Source of the DNA: Eledone cirrhosa
Taxonomy: Eukaryota
Direction: 5' to 3'
NCBI GenBank assembly: GCA_964016885.1
Contig: OZ024742.1
Span: 201,686,001 to 201,750,000, forward strand
Length of the DNA stretch: 64,000 nucleotides
Made by a program: the position numbers and the translations under genes. The notes below the pieces were generated by a model. That model was not told where the DNA came from. It made no database searches and saw only the letters and a list, made by a program, of their open reading frames with translations. The first letter of the stretch is position 1. The number at the start of each line of letters is the position of its first letter. Below, piece by piece: positions 1 through 13,643 of this stretch.

Positions 1-657
1 CAGGATCTTAGACCCCCTAAAGTAAATCAACCGAAACTAAAAGCTCTTCCATACATCTCCACACACAACCCTCTCAACAATGAGGCCTTTGACACCATCC
101 TCCAGAACATCCCTGTGCTAAAAAAGGACCATAGAATGAACCAAATCCTTCGATCACACGATATCATAAAGAGTAAAAGACAATCTAAGTCAATGAAAAA
201 CATCCTAACACATGCCAAAGTACTGCCAACCACAACAACGAAACCCACAGTAAAAAAATGCGATAGACCCAACTGTGGCATATGCATCAACCTAATAGAG
301 GGTTCGGAATTCTATTTCAAAGAAGGACAACGTTTTATAGTAAAACACAATTTCACATGCGCATCAGAAAATCTAATATATGTATTAACTTGCTCAGGTT
401 GTCGAGAACAATACATAGGCCAAACCAAAAATAGCCTCCGCCAATGCATGACTATCCATAGATCCCAAATTAAAATACGGGAATACAAGAAAATACCACT
501 GAGGGAACACATTGATGCCTGTGCCGCCCAAAATCATCCCAACTTTAGAATCTTCCCCCTCTACAAATATAAAGATAATGCCACCCACACCCAGCGCATC
601 AGCAAGGAATCTCACTTTATTAACAAATACGGACCCCGTCTAAACACTTCTCCCTAA
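1..657 (+). mobile_element. 3' end of a Penelope-like element ORF: linker, Cys-rich motif and GIY-YIG endonuclease (Neptune-like); ORF continues beyond the left window edge
   Basis: Frame is open from base 1 (QDLRPPK...LPYISTHNP...) to the stop at 657. It contains CDRPNCGIC, then NLIYVLTCSGCREQYIGQT (GIY-YIG), H residues, and C-terminal R..KE..FI..YGPRLN, as in PLE endonucleases. Confidence 0.88.
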
Positions 658-1204
658 GACGAACCCACATCATACACACGTCAACATACATACCTAGATC
701 AGCATACATCCTACATATATCTCTATCCACATATAAACGCAATGACATACGTAAACACACATGTTCTATGGTGCAACACAAATATACACAAATTTGCATA
801 CATTTGATGTCTATAGATATAAACGTGCCGATACACACACATACATATACGCCCACATGCATTGCACACTAATAGGCACATACATATTTGTACACAAGTA
901 TTCCAATACGGCAGGGCCTAATGGATTCCCCTTGCAGTACGTACAATCTGGACACTCACACACACCTTGGTGTTATGACAATACTATATATCATTTCACA
1001 CCTTTTATTATTAATGTTTTTGATGTTCTCTTGAGAGAATCGTTTTTGCTGAAAATATCGAATAATGTACACCATTTTTACCAGTATCACAAACATACTG
1101 GTCCACCACCCCCACACACATTTACACACACACACACACATATATATACACACACACATACACACGCGTACACTAACATACAAAGAGACATATAGACACA
1201 CACG

Positions 1205-1275
<71 letters not shown>

Positions 1276-1383
1276 CTCCGTATAAGACAAGAGCTGAAAA
1301 ATAACTTTCAACATGTTAAAATATCCCCCACACACGTACAGACTCATTCCTACTGACCGATCCCTCTACCACGAATTACTCTG

Positions 1384-1427
<44 letters not shown>

Positions 1428-1523
1428 TTGTCTTAATAGGCACCTGAACTGTTCACCTTTCAACATGACTGCAATTCACACACACATCCCTACTGACTAT
1501 TATCACAACAATGAACCTCTTTA

Positions 1524-1575
<52 letters not shown>

Positions 1576-2010
1576 TTGTCTTAAAAGACTTATTTTTCAG
1601 TGACTTCTCAATCAGGCGAAAAAGGACACTCTTCGACAAACCTACATTTGGCGCAAAATCAATTTTTAACATTCACGTGACCTCTACCGACCAATCAAAA
1701 TTGTTTTGACCACAAGAATTTTAGCAACACGAATTGGCGCGAAACTTATTTTAATACCTCTGGAGCCACTTTTTTCACATAAAACAGGTAGAATTTCCAA
1801 AACTAATCAGATTAGAGCAAACATCACGGGCGCTCTATCTCAAAATAATTTTTGAAAAGCATTAGAAATGCGCAACCGGTACCAACTTAAAACTAAAACT
1901 GAATACTAACCAATACTATTACTAATTTTTACTTATTCCTAATTGAACTATTTTTCACTGGGAACAATTTGTCAGCATTTTCTTTTCCTTTTACCAATAT
2001 ATATATATAC

Positions 2011-2071
<61 letters not shown>

Positions 2072-2214
2072 ATATATATATGATCCCCACCTATTCAGAC
2101 GTGTAAAAGTCCTTATATAGCTATCAACACATGGGCACTACAATACAGGCATATATACAAACATACACTAATAAAGATGGGTAATACGAGAATAATTGTA
2201 CCAACTCACTCACG

Positions 2215-2269
<55 letters not shown>

Positions 2270-2422
2270 GTAGACACGCACACACAGACTCTCACACAGA
2301 CACATATTTCATACATACGCACATATCCATATGTACACCCAAACAAAAATAACTTCATATGTTTATAGATAAGAATTGAACTCATACGCACATACACACA
2401 CCAGCTAACACTTGCGCCCACT

Positions 2423-2499
<77 letters not shown>

Positions 2500-2585
2500 C
2501 AGCTAACACTTGCGCTCACTTATACACACACACACACACATACATATATATATATACACACCAGCTAACACTTGCGCTCAATTAT

Positions 2586-2643
<58 letters not shown>

Positions 2644-2752
2644 CAGCTAACACTCTCGCTCACTCACACACGCAAATACACACACACACACTCACACACA
2701 ATTACACACACATGCACATACAACCAAACAAAATCTTACACAAACTCATACA

Positions 2753-2820
<68 letters not shown>

Positions 2821-3388
2821 AACTCATACACACACACATACACATACACATAAACGTACATATATAAAACTCCGGTAAATTCGAATGTTTATAGATAACT
2901 ATAGAAATCTATGAAAGTCTGTATTTGTGGATATTATTACCAGGAACATTTTTCTTGTCCAATAGTGCAATGTCTACAGTCACAGACCATACACCAATAT
3001 CTTCTTCCTGCTGCTGAAATTCTAACATTCTAGTATTCCAATAGCCCAGTGTCTATAGAAACACAACACCACACCATACCTCACCATACCACACCTCACA
3101 ATACACTATTCCACACCCTACCAACAACTTTCTGCCGCTGCACAAATTTCTAATACAATTTTCCAATGTTCTAATACAATTCTCCGATGTTCTGAGATAA
3201 CTGTTGCTCTGAGATAACATTTGCCCTCACTTTGTCAATACTTTTCTTGATTATTTATCAAATTCTTCCTCTTTAAAACGAAAACATAATTTTCCAGTAC
3301 TCCCAACATACACAGAAAGCACATCCAGAGTCAGACCAAGACCCCACACGCATATAACAAAACAGTATGTGTGTGAGAGAGAGAGTGA

Positions 3389-3499
<111 letters not shown>

Positions 3500-3819
3500 G
3501 GGGGGGGAAGAAACCCAAACATTCACCAACACGCACAAATGGTGAAATATACAGATACATACACACGAAAGTATAAAAACACAGACCGAAAGAAGACGTG
3601 ATGAAAAAGAGGGACAACTACAAATATACATACACACACACACATATACATGTATATACAAATATATATACACACACACACAAACACACACACACACACA
3701 CACCAAGAAACACACTCGCACACAGAGAAATACACATAAACATACAGATGTTCTCACACTCTCACACAATGTATAAATACATATATGCATACATATATGT
3801 ACAATTTTATATATATATA

Positions 3820-4386
3820 TGGTGGCTGCCAACTCGTTTTCGAGTACGACCACTACTTTATATCCATGTAGGAGAACCCCTACCGATACGCTGAACAAGT
3901 GTGACATTTTAGTCCAGCCAGCGACTTGAAAACTCTGGTACAAACACTACACTTGTGACAATTATTGACACAGTGCTGGGCCCATGGTACCATGTGACGA
4001 CAAGTGCAGAGAGATCTCCAGATATAAAGCAATGCCTGTGCCGTGAAGCTTTTATAGTGAGCAAAGGCACTGCACAAAGCCAGTCCCACTCTCTTAACCA
4101 AGATGATATTTACCAAAAAGAAGAACAAGTCAACATCATTGGATACCATCAGGGTTGCAGGTGTTATATCAGAGTTTTCCTTCTCCTAGAATTCTGCCTT
4201 GACAAAGGGTCATCTCTCCTGGTGATTTTGGATGGCCATTGACTCTTAAGAGCTCCTTTGCCCTTTGACAGGTTTTGTTTTTAGTCCTGCAGGATGTCCA
4301 AAGTCACCCTCCTCACCAAGAAACCTCATGGGACAGGTTGTACTGGGATTCATGTTTACCAGTAGCACCAACTGGTGACCTGACAT
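3820..4386 (-). mobile_element. Non-autonomous bipartite RTE-derived retroelement (RTE 5'UTR-like part plus RTE 3' end), near full length
   Basis: Contains the RTE 5'UTR-like motif CTAGGAGAAGGAAAACTCTGA. Its 3' part encodes a remnant CSVCTRVFKSLAGLK and ends CTCGAAAACGAGTTGGCAGCCACCAT, resembling the LINE 3' end at 40020-40134. Near-identical copies lie at 40285-41364. Flanked by (TA)n. Confidence 0.75.
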
Positions 4387-4442
4387 ATATATATATATAC
4401 ATATATATGTACATACACATACATATATATATATATATATAA

Positions 4443-4475
<33 letters not shown>

Positions 4476-4476
4476 T

Positions 4477-4508
<32 letters not shown>

Positions 4509-4610
4509 AGGTGAGAGAGAGAGAGAGAGAGGGTGTGAGAGACTTCATTTATTTCCTAAACATCAACAAATACAAAAACATCTTTCGATCTGGTTGGTAG
4601 AATAATACAA

Positions 4611-4800
4611 TAATTGTTTCTACTTTTTGGCACAAGGCCAGCAAATACCCAGTGCATTACTGGTACTTTATTTTATCGACCCCGTAAGGATGAAAGGCAA
4701 AGTCAACCTCGGCGGGATTTGAACTCAGATCGTAAAGGGACGTAACTATGCTGGAAAGCATGACATCCGACCCTCTACCGATACTGCCAATCCACCGCCT
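4611..4800 (-). mobile_element. tRNA-derived SINE with Nin/Deu-like central domain (octopus-type SINE)
   Basis: A-box-like GGCGGTGGATTGGCAG, B-box GAGTTCAAATCC, core TTTGCCTTTCATCCTTACGGGGTCGATAAAATAAAGTACC, tail GGCCTTGTGCCAAAAAGTAGAAACAATTA. Twelve copies in the window. Confidence 0.85.
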
Positions 4801-5579
4801 TATTAGAGTAATGATTACACAGATTCTTGTTTGTAAATACACGATAAAATGGGACAGAAATGAAGCATAGCAAATGTAACACATCTTAATTTACAAGATC
4901 AATCAAAGTAGAGTTTACATACAAATGCTTGTAAGAATTTACATACATAAGTCAATTGACTAATTTGTGCTGTAGAAGAAGTGTTGTGGAAAATGTAAAT
5001 ACGTATTTTCGTGTTGTACACATCTAATTGAATAATTCATTGCAAAAGTGTACATATTTATTTACCTCTGTTTACTTGTTTTTACAGTAAAAAGAAAAAA
5101 ATAACGTGTATGGTCAGGTAATTAATGGGTCACATCAAAATATATAACTTACGTGTGTTTTTAACCTAGTAGAAACAGGCAACCAGAAAATGATATCTTG
5201 TTTAGTTTAAAGTAGCTTGTGATTTAAGATAACATATTCTTTTCTATTGAATCTGAGCTACAGAGTATGGAATAGAGAAAGGGTTAGATGGAGAAGGAAA
5301 TAAGAGAGTCGTAGCTTAGAAAGAAAGAAACCAGCGTTTGTTCCATTTAAATAGCCCCTAAAATAGTTAATAGTTTACTAACTCAAATAACAAACGCGGC
5401 AATGGTAAAAGAAAGTGAAGAGTTGCGTGCATATTGTTACAGATTGTTATTTAGATGTTCTTGTTGTTAGTGTTGCTATTGTTGGGGGTATTGTTGGTGT
5501 TACCTAGGCATGCCATTGTTGTGGCGTTACTGTAATTAATTTTGACTTCCAGTAGGCTTTGAGAGAATACAAATATAAT

Positions 5580-5796
5580 GGTTTCTCATTTAGGCACAAG
5601 GCTAACAATTTGGGGGAAAAGGAAAGTCGATTAAATCGACCCCAGTGCGTTACTGGTACTTTATTTTATCGACCCCCTAAGAATGAAAGGCAAAGTTAAC
5701 TTCAGCGGGATTTGAACTCAGATCATAAAGGGCCGTAACTCAATGCTGCAAAGCATAGCGTCCGACCCTCTACCGTTACTGTCAATCCACCGCCCT
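5580..5796 (-). mobile_element. Same SINE family, longer variant with the GGGGTCGATTTAATCGAC segment
   Basis: Aligns by eye with the other copies and carries an extra ~30-bp segment before the 3' tail. Confidence 0.8.
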
Positions 5797-7174
5797 TAGA
5801 AAATACTAATATAATAAAATATATTCTAGCCATATTCATCAGACTTTCATTTTCTCCGGCCCACCATATCTATGACTCCATTATTCAATCTGCCATGTTT
5901 TTATCATGATGGTAAAGGGTGTAACCTGAAGTAATTTTCTTTCCTATTTCTCGTAGATAAAGCGTAAAGGGTCCCGTGCTGCCTATCCTATCGCTGTGTA
6001 TCCAACGGTGAACTCTGGTCAAAGTAAAATTGGGGCACGAAATAAAGGTTTCAGTCGATCGAAGGATACACAAGGTACTATTTACCGAAACGGCCAAAAT
6101 CTTCCTGATTTTTGTCTATCAGTGATTACAATATCTAACATTTTCTGTAAAAAAACATATCATAAAGTGTGATTTGATGGATTTTTCGCAACTGTTAGCA
6201 GATTGACCAAATACGTCAATCTTCTGTTCTTGTAAACCCAAGAGTATTTGCTATAGGGAATTAGCATTTAAAAGCGTTCCAATCATGACATTTTTCAGGA
6301 TATATTTTCTAGATTTTCATTAAATGCTTGTTTCTATAGTTTCATATTAAAATATGAAAAAACAAATGACACAGAAATGTTCAGAAGAATACTGCATAGA
6401 GAATTTTGACTACACAGTTGTTTAATAGGTGGCGTTGTAGTTTCGAATGCTTAAAATATATTACTATATATATGTATATATAAGGAAAATGATTAAAAGT
6501 GGTTTGAAAAGCACACCTAGTAAATGATCTTTATAACATGTAGAAAAATTGATGTTAAAAATTGGAGTTCAGCAAAACCTGCTTTCTCTGTATTGGATTA
6601 CGAAACATATAAAGTGTTTTTCTCATCAAAACTCCTGCATACTGATTCTAGACCACACGTGGACGAGAATCAGCATGCAGGAAAAAGCAGGCTTTGCTGA
6701 ACATAAATTTTTAACATCAAATTTTGTATATGTTATGAAGACCCTTTATATATATATATACCAGGTGTCTTTAATTTTATCATTTTCCTTATATAACCTG
6801 AACTGTATAGAACATTTTGAAACGTCCACACTTTTTTCACTATATATATATATAAGCTTATATATTACGTAAGTTGGATGGATGATTTCGGATTTCATAG
6901 AAACCTATCGGACGTATTGCAAAATATCGTTCGATTTGTCCAGGTCACTTGTCTAACCTGATTAGTTCTTTCGTTGTTTTTGGTATTGTGTGGCTAGGTT
7001 TAACTACCGCAATTTTCAATTTGTCAAGCTGTCTAAACGTATGTTATTACTCTGAGGCCCGCAACCTTATTGAGTGCTATGCTGCTCATTCCTAATTGTA
7101 GGTCGTTAGCTTGGCCGCAGCCAAAGCTTCGATTTTACTAAGCTTCCACTTATATAAATATATATATATATATA

Positions 7175-7258
<84 letters not shown>

Positions 7259-7517
7259 CGTGTGTGTGTGTGTATCAATTTTCTCACTTTCAACTTTTAA
7301 AATGTCATCTCGCAGTGTTTTCCTCACTCCATTTACAACATTATTAAAACAAGATATTAATTAAAACATATATATTAATTTATTAATTGTAATTAAATGT
7401 AAAAAGACATTTGATTTCAATGGATCGTGAAAAATTTAACAGAGGTAAATCCCAAATAATTATAAGGGCCTGACCATATGACGAGGTAATATGAATTTCC
7501 TCACAACACAAATTTTC

Positions 7518-7772
7518 ATTATATTATATTATATTATATTATATTATATTATATTATATTATATTATATTATATTATATTATATTATATTATATTATATT
7601 ATATTATATTATATTATATTATATTATATTATATTATATTATATTATATTATATTATATTATATTATATTATATTATATTATATTATATTATATTATATT
7701 ATATTATATTATATTATATTATATTATATTATATTATATTATATTATATTATATTATATTATATTATATTAT
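7518..7772. repeat. (ATATT)n pentanucleotide microsatellite
   Basis: Perfect ATATT array directly upstream of a SINE. A second long array lies at about 10270-10485. Confidence 0.95.
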
Positions 7773-7774
7773 AA

Positions 7775-7957
7775 AGGGCGGTGGATTGGCAGTATCGATA
7801 GACAGTCGGACACCATGCTTTGGAGCATAGAGTTACGTCCCTTTATGATCTGAGTTCAAATCCCGCCGAGGTTAACTTTGCCTTTCATCCTTACGGGGTC
7901 GATAAAATAAAGTACCAGTAATGTACTGGGTAATTGCTGGCCTTGTACCTAAAAGTA
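7775..7957 (+). mobile_element. SINE copy (same family), 3' tail clipped
   Basis: AGGGCGGTGGATTGGCAG...GAGTTCAAATCCCGCCGAGG...GGCCTTGTACCTAAAAGTA. Confidence 0.85.
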
Positions 7958-8300
7958 TATATAGAGAGGGGTGTTATAATATATAGAGAGGGTGATTTTA
8001 ATATATAGAGAAAGGGATGGGTTTATATATAGAGAGAGGAGGTCTTTAATATATTTAGAGAGAGGGGTTTATAATATAGAGAGAGGGAATTATCCGTGAA
8101 ACATTTCACGGATAATTCCCTCTCTCTATATTATAACCCCCTCTCTCTACATGTATTAAAGACCTCCTCTCTCTATATATAAACCCATCCCTTTCTCTAT
8201 ATATTAAATACCTCCTCTCTCTATATATAAACCCATCCCTTTCTCTATATATTAAAATCACCCTCTCTATATATTATAACGCCCCTCTCTCTATATATAT
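7957..8300. repeat. Imperfect palindrome (fold-back) centred near 8102
   Basis: Tip GAGAGGGAATTATCCGTGAAA-CA-TTTCACGGATAATTCCCTCTC. Left arm is about 145 bp; the right arm carries an internal duplication. Confidence 0.85.
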
Positions 8301-8469
8301 ATATTTAACCCCCTTACTCTATATACATTTTAACTCTTCTTTCTCTATATTATAACCCCTTCTATATTATAACCCCCTTCTCTATATATATTATAACCCA
8401 TCCCTTTTTCTATATTATAAACCCGTCCCTTTAAATATAGTATAACCCCCTCTCTCTACATATATTATA

Positions 8470-8805
8470 ACCCCATCTCTCTCTCAATATACATAATAAC
8501 CCATCCCTTTCACTATATTATAACCACCTCTCTCTCTCAATATATATAATAACCCATCCCTTTCACTATATTATAACTACCTCTCTCTCTCAATATATAT
8601 AATAACCCATCCCTTTCACTATATTATAACCACCTCTCTCTCTCTCAATATATATAATAACCCATCCCTTTCACTATATTATAACCACCTCTCTCTCTCT
8701 CAATATATATAATAACCCATCCCTTTCACTATATTATAACTACCTCTCTCTCTCAATATATATAATAACCCACCCCTTTCACTATATTATAACCACCTCT
8801 CTCTA
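8470..8805 (+). repeat. ~52-54-bp minisatellite (ATAACCCATCCCTTTCACTATATTATAACCACCTCTCTCTCTCAATATATATA), about 6 copies
   Basis: Direct inspection of the tandem units. Confidence 0.9.
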
Positions 8806-9296
8806 AATATATTATAACACCCTCTGTGTCTCTATCACCTTTCCAAACGTTGTAAAGCTCTTTGATTTTCTTTCGCCGTAGATGTTCGTAGAATGTTTAC
8901 CACCCCACTTCCATTGTTTTAGCACGTCTCACAGACGTCATTCGACTTTTATTTATATTACTGAAATCATGACACACACGGTCGACGCACGGTACGTAGG
9001 TACAAGAGTATTAATATATAGATTATGTTATGTCACATTACAATTTGTTATATTTATATTATATGATATTTCATTACCCACCTTGTGGATTGTCTCTGTT
9101 GACCATTGGCCGCTGATTCCTGTCCTCTGAGGCATTTTTGCCCATCACTGTCTTTCACAGCATCTAGCTTTTTTAGTGGATGTTCTACTGATGAGTTTTC
9201 TCATTTTTATATGTATTCAAATACATTCACGCTTCGTCTCGATCACAGACAACATTGTTTTTTTTTATTTAATATTATATTACATTATATTATATT

Positions 9297-9433
9297 GCTT
9301 TCCAGCATAGTTACGTCCCTTTACGGTCTGAGTTCAAATCCCGCCGAGGTTGACTTTGCCTTTCATCCGTACGGGGTCGATAAAATAAAGTACCAGTAAT
9401 GCACTGGCCTTGTGCCTAAAGTAGAAACAATTA
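9297..9433 (+). mobile_element. SINE copy, 5' truncated
   Basis: B-box, Nin-like core and 3' tail present. Confidence 0.85.
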
Positions 9434-9581
9434 TATTATATAATATTATGTTACATTCTATTATATTGTATTATATTATATTACATTATATTATATTGTA
9501 TTATATTATATTGTATTATATTGTATTGCATTATATTATATTGTATCATATTATATTATATTATAATATGATACAATGATG

Positions 9582-9772
9582 AGGGCGGTGGATTGGCAGT
9601 ATCCGTAGAGGGTCGGACGCCATGCTTTGCAGCACAGTTACGTCCCTTTACGGACTGAGTTCAAATCCCGCCAAGGTTAACTTTGCCTTTCATCATTTCG
9701 GGGTCGATAAAATAAAGTACCAGTAATACACTGGGATAATTGCTGGCCTTGTGCCAAATGTAGAAACAATTA
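9582..9772 (+). mobile_element. SINE copy, full length
   Basis: Head-to-tail match to the family consensus. Confidence 0.85.
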
Positions 9773-9787
9773 TATTATATTATATTA

Positions 9788-9980
9788 TGTCAGATCACTC
9801 TCAAGTGCTGCTGGTAGCGTGTAACCCAGTACGACCCGTCGTATGGTCGGGTCGTCGGCGACTAAACCAGCAACCTCACCAAGTTTACTTGGTGAGGAGG
9901 GTGATTTTGGACACCCGGAAGGACAAAAAACAAAATCTGACAAAGGGCTGAAGAACTCATAAGAGTCAACGGCCATCTAA
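9788..9980 (+). mobile_element. Divergent 5' segment of the RTE-derived element family
   Basis: Homologous to the reverse complement of 40355-40543 (TGGTCGGGTCG, CACCAAG....CTTGGTGAGG, GAGTCAAYGGCCATC). Confidence 0.7.
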
Positions 9981-10485
9981 ACAAACAAAAATAAAAATCA
10001 TGCCAAATCAATGAGTGGCAGTAGTTCCAGCTGCAAGCATAAAAAGACTGGTGTAGTGGTTCTGAGAACAATGCAGCTTTGCAGATGATCAATGTAAATT
10101 GACAATGGAAAGGCGCTTCCGCTCGAGATAGAAGAGAACTATTGACCTTCAGCAGAAGCGGCGACCCCTGATTGTATTCAGCAACCGAAACAAATATGAA
10201 GTACACCAAATCCAATGCTCCTGGTTCTTCTTATTTGCGAGTGTAAACTCCGCCAGATTAGCGATTAGATATATTATATTATATTATATTATATTATATT
10301 ATATTATATTATATTATATTATATTATATTATATTATATTATATTATATTATATTATATTATATTATATTATATTATATTATATTATATTATATTATATT
10401 ATATTATATTATATTATATTATATTATATTATATTATATTATATTATATTATATTATATTATATTATATTATATTATATTATATA

Positions 10486-10678
10486 AAGGCGGTGGATTGG
10501 CAGTATTGGTAGAGGGTCGGACACCATGCTTTGTAGCATAGAGTTACCTCCCTTTATGATCTGAGTTCAAATCCCGCCGAGGTTAACTTTACCTTTCATC
10601 CTTACGGGGTCGATAAAATAAAGTACCAGTAATGCACTGGGTAATTTATGGCCTTGTGCCAAAAGTAGAAACAATTAT
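10486..10678 (+). mobile_element. SINE copy, full length
   Basis: Head-to-tail match; sits between (ATATT)n arrays. Confidence 0.85.
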
Positions 10679-10738
10679 ATTATATTATATTGCATATATT
10701 ATATTATATTATATTATATTATATTATATTATATTACA

Positions 10739-10941
10739 CATGGTGTTTCAAAAATTTAGATATCATTTAAGATATAGATATCATAGAAACTACAAAATCT
10801 AGGGCAACGACACTGAGCAAGCTTAATGTCGAACAGCATAAGATTTATTCCTCAAAATGTGACTTTATTATGACACTAACCGCAAAATAGTTTCTAGGAT
10901 ATTTACATCTCAAATAATATCTAAATTTTTGGAATACCCTG
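10739..10941. mobile_element. Tc1/mariner-type MITE (~200 bp)
   Basis: About 30-bp imperfect TIRs: CATGGTGTTTCAAAAATTTAGATATCATTT on the left and AAATAATATCTAAATTTTTGGAATACCCTG on the right. TA follows the right end; the left flank reads CA. Confidence 0.7.
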
Positions 10942-11030
10942 TATTGTATTATATTATATTATATTATATTATATTATATTATATTGTATTATATTATATT
11001 ATATTATATTATATTATATTATATTGTATT

Positions 11031-11562
11031 TTGGCAGTATTGGTAGAGGGTCGGACAGCATGCTTTGACGCATAGAGTTACGGCCCTTGCCATTCTGAGT
11101 TCACATCCCGCCGAGGTTAACTTTGCTTTCATCCTTACGGGGTCAATAAAATAAAGTACCAGTAATACACTGGGTATTAGCTGGCCTTGTGCCTAATGTA
11201 GAAACAATTATATTATATTACAGCATAGTTACGTCCCTTTACGATCTGAGTTCAAATCCCGCCGAGGTTGACTTTGCCTTTCATCCTTACGGGGTCGATA
11301 AAATAAAGTACCAGTAATGCACTGGTTAATTGCTGGCCTTGTGCCTAAAGTAGAAACAATTATGTTATATTAGGGCGGTGGATTGGCTGTATCGGTAGAG
11401 GGTCGGACGCTATGCTTTGACGTATAGAGTTACGGCCCTTGCCATTCTGAGTTCAAATCCCGCCGAGGTTAACTTCGCCTTTCATCCTTACGGGGTCGAT
11501 AAAATAAAGTACCAGTAATGCTCTGGGTAAATGCTGGCCTTGTGCCAAACGTAGAATCAATT
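11031..11562 (+). mobile_element. Three head-to-tail SINE copies (11031-11210, 11221-11362, 11372-11562)
   Basis: Three consecutive B-box/Nin-core/tail units separated only by short TATTA tails. Confidence 0.85.
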
Positions 11563-13079
11563 ATGTTATATTATGTCATATATTATATTCTATTACATTA
11601 CATTATATTATATTATATTATGTATTAAAAGTATCATCATGCATGCCACTCTTCCATGTGATGGGGAATGTTTTCTCTATCTTACAACCTGGCATGCCTT
11701 GTAATTCAGTCATTAATTGTGATACAATGACAGAATGTCTGTTTCAGTTTAACAATTGATTAGCCAAGATAATATTATGGTTTGTCACCGTCCCATTTCT
11801 TTGTATTTCTGTTCTTTCGTGCAAAAATGTTATATATTAGTAAGGTGGTGATGGTGATGGTGAGGATGAGGAGGAAGGGGAAGAAGAATGAGGTGGAAGA
11901 AATAAAGAAGATGTTGATGATGATGATGATGATGACGACGAAACGGATAGAAAGAAAAAGAAGAAAAGACGAAGAAGGAAAAGAAACAAGAATAAAAGAG
12001 AGGCAAGGAAGAATGGGAAGAAAAGAAGCAGTAGTAGTAGTAGTAGTAGTAGTAGAACAATAATAACAGCAGACACAACGACAATGTAATCACAAAATCA
12101 ACAACGATCAACACAAAATATATGATGACATTTAATATGGGATAGTGATGAGTTTGGAGTAGAATTGGAGAATAACAGAAGTAGGTGGATATATATTCCA
12201 TGGAGGAGTAGGTATTATCTCAATATATAATAAAATGAAAGAAATCAATGTACGAATGAAATACATTAATATATATGGTTAAACACTTACAAAAGAAACG
12301 ATCAGAGAATATGCAGGTGAAATATGTTTGTTGTTAGTTCCTTTCATTTGTTACAACGGCTACGCTCTTTCATTTTTCAAGTATCGTATATTTTCCGGTT
12401 TGACGCCATGAATGAAAATATTGTTGGAGTTACTGGCCATTGATGTGTAGAGAAAGATGCCAAGATGATTGATATCACCAAACGAAATCGAGAAACAAAA
12501 GCCTTATGTCTGGAATTCTAATTCAATTCGAATCAGCTGAACTTATATGACGAGGCGATGTCTGTATGTTTGTCTTGTCAAATATTGCTTCATGCCTTGA
12601 ACTTATTATCTGGTGCAATTGTTGAGATATCCATCATATTTTATTTGAATTCATTTGTATATATGTATATTTTTTTGTATTTGATTAATGGCGCTTGAAT
12701 GTTGCTTCCGCCATGTTTAAGCCACAACAGCTTAACAACAACAATCTATCATCTCTCATCTCACATCGTTCATCGTTCTATTTCAGCTTTTGTGATAATC
12801 TGAAGTTTCGCAGCCACACATGAATGAGAATATGATGAACAATTTACAGAAATCTCTATGACCGTCAAAGAAATATTGCATCAGTTATTATTGTATTCTC
12901 AAGCCAAAGTGATTACGATATTATATCCCCTTCACACAGTTTCTGTGAATTTATGAATAAGGCACTACATGAAGCATATATGCACACATACATACACACA
13001 CATTCACTCCCATACACACACACATATATATATATACATACACACATCCGCTCATATACACACACACACATTCATATAT

Positions 13080-13186
<107 letters not shown>

Positions 13187-13187
13187 C

Positions 13188-13255
<68 letters not shown>

Positions 13256-13643
13256 GGGTGGGGTACGTATGATCGTAGTTGAGAGGCTTGAATCATTTTC
13301 AGTTGAGGTTTCCATTTCAATTTTATTTGTTTCGAATAGTTTAGGATTGTTGCATTTGTTGTGGGCAGAGCGATATAAGGAAATATGTTATATATATATA
13401 CAAATGCATCTATGTATGTATGTGTATATATATATATGTGTGTGTATATATATATATATATATAGGTGTGTGTTTGTATGTGTGTGCATAAGGAACTATC
13501 TTATACATATATTTATGCGCGCACACACACGCGCGCGCACACATATAGATATTTGTCATGTGCAAACATTGGATTTGTATATATAATATATATTTATGCG
13601 AAAAACAGTGTATATCAAAATATATACGCATTTTGATATTCAC

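Noticed and set aside
2398-2665. Four copies of CACCAGCTAACAC(TTGCG) with variable spacers, superficially CRISPR-like
   Set aside because: The spacers are (CA)n/(TA)n microsatellites, the context is eukaryotic and there are no cas genes; this is a compound minisatellite.
3251-3330. YVGSTG motif on the minus strand suggesting a GIY-YIG fragment
   Set aside because: No upstream GIY-like strand, no downstream conserved R/H/E/N, and a stop follows shortly.
9186-9215. Isolated CTGATGA motifs (also 5838-5845 on the minus strand and about 25544)
   Set aside because: No downstream GAAA with compatible stems.
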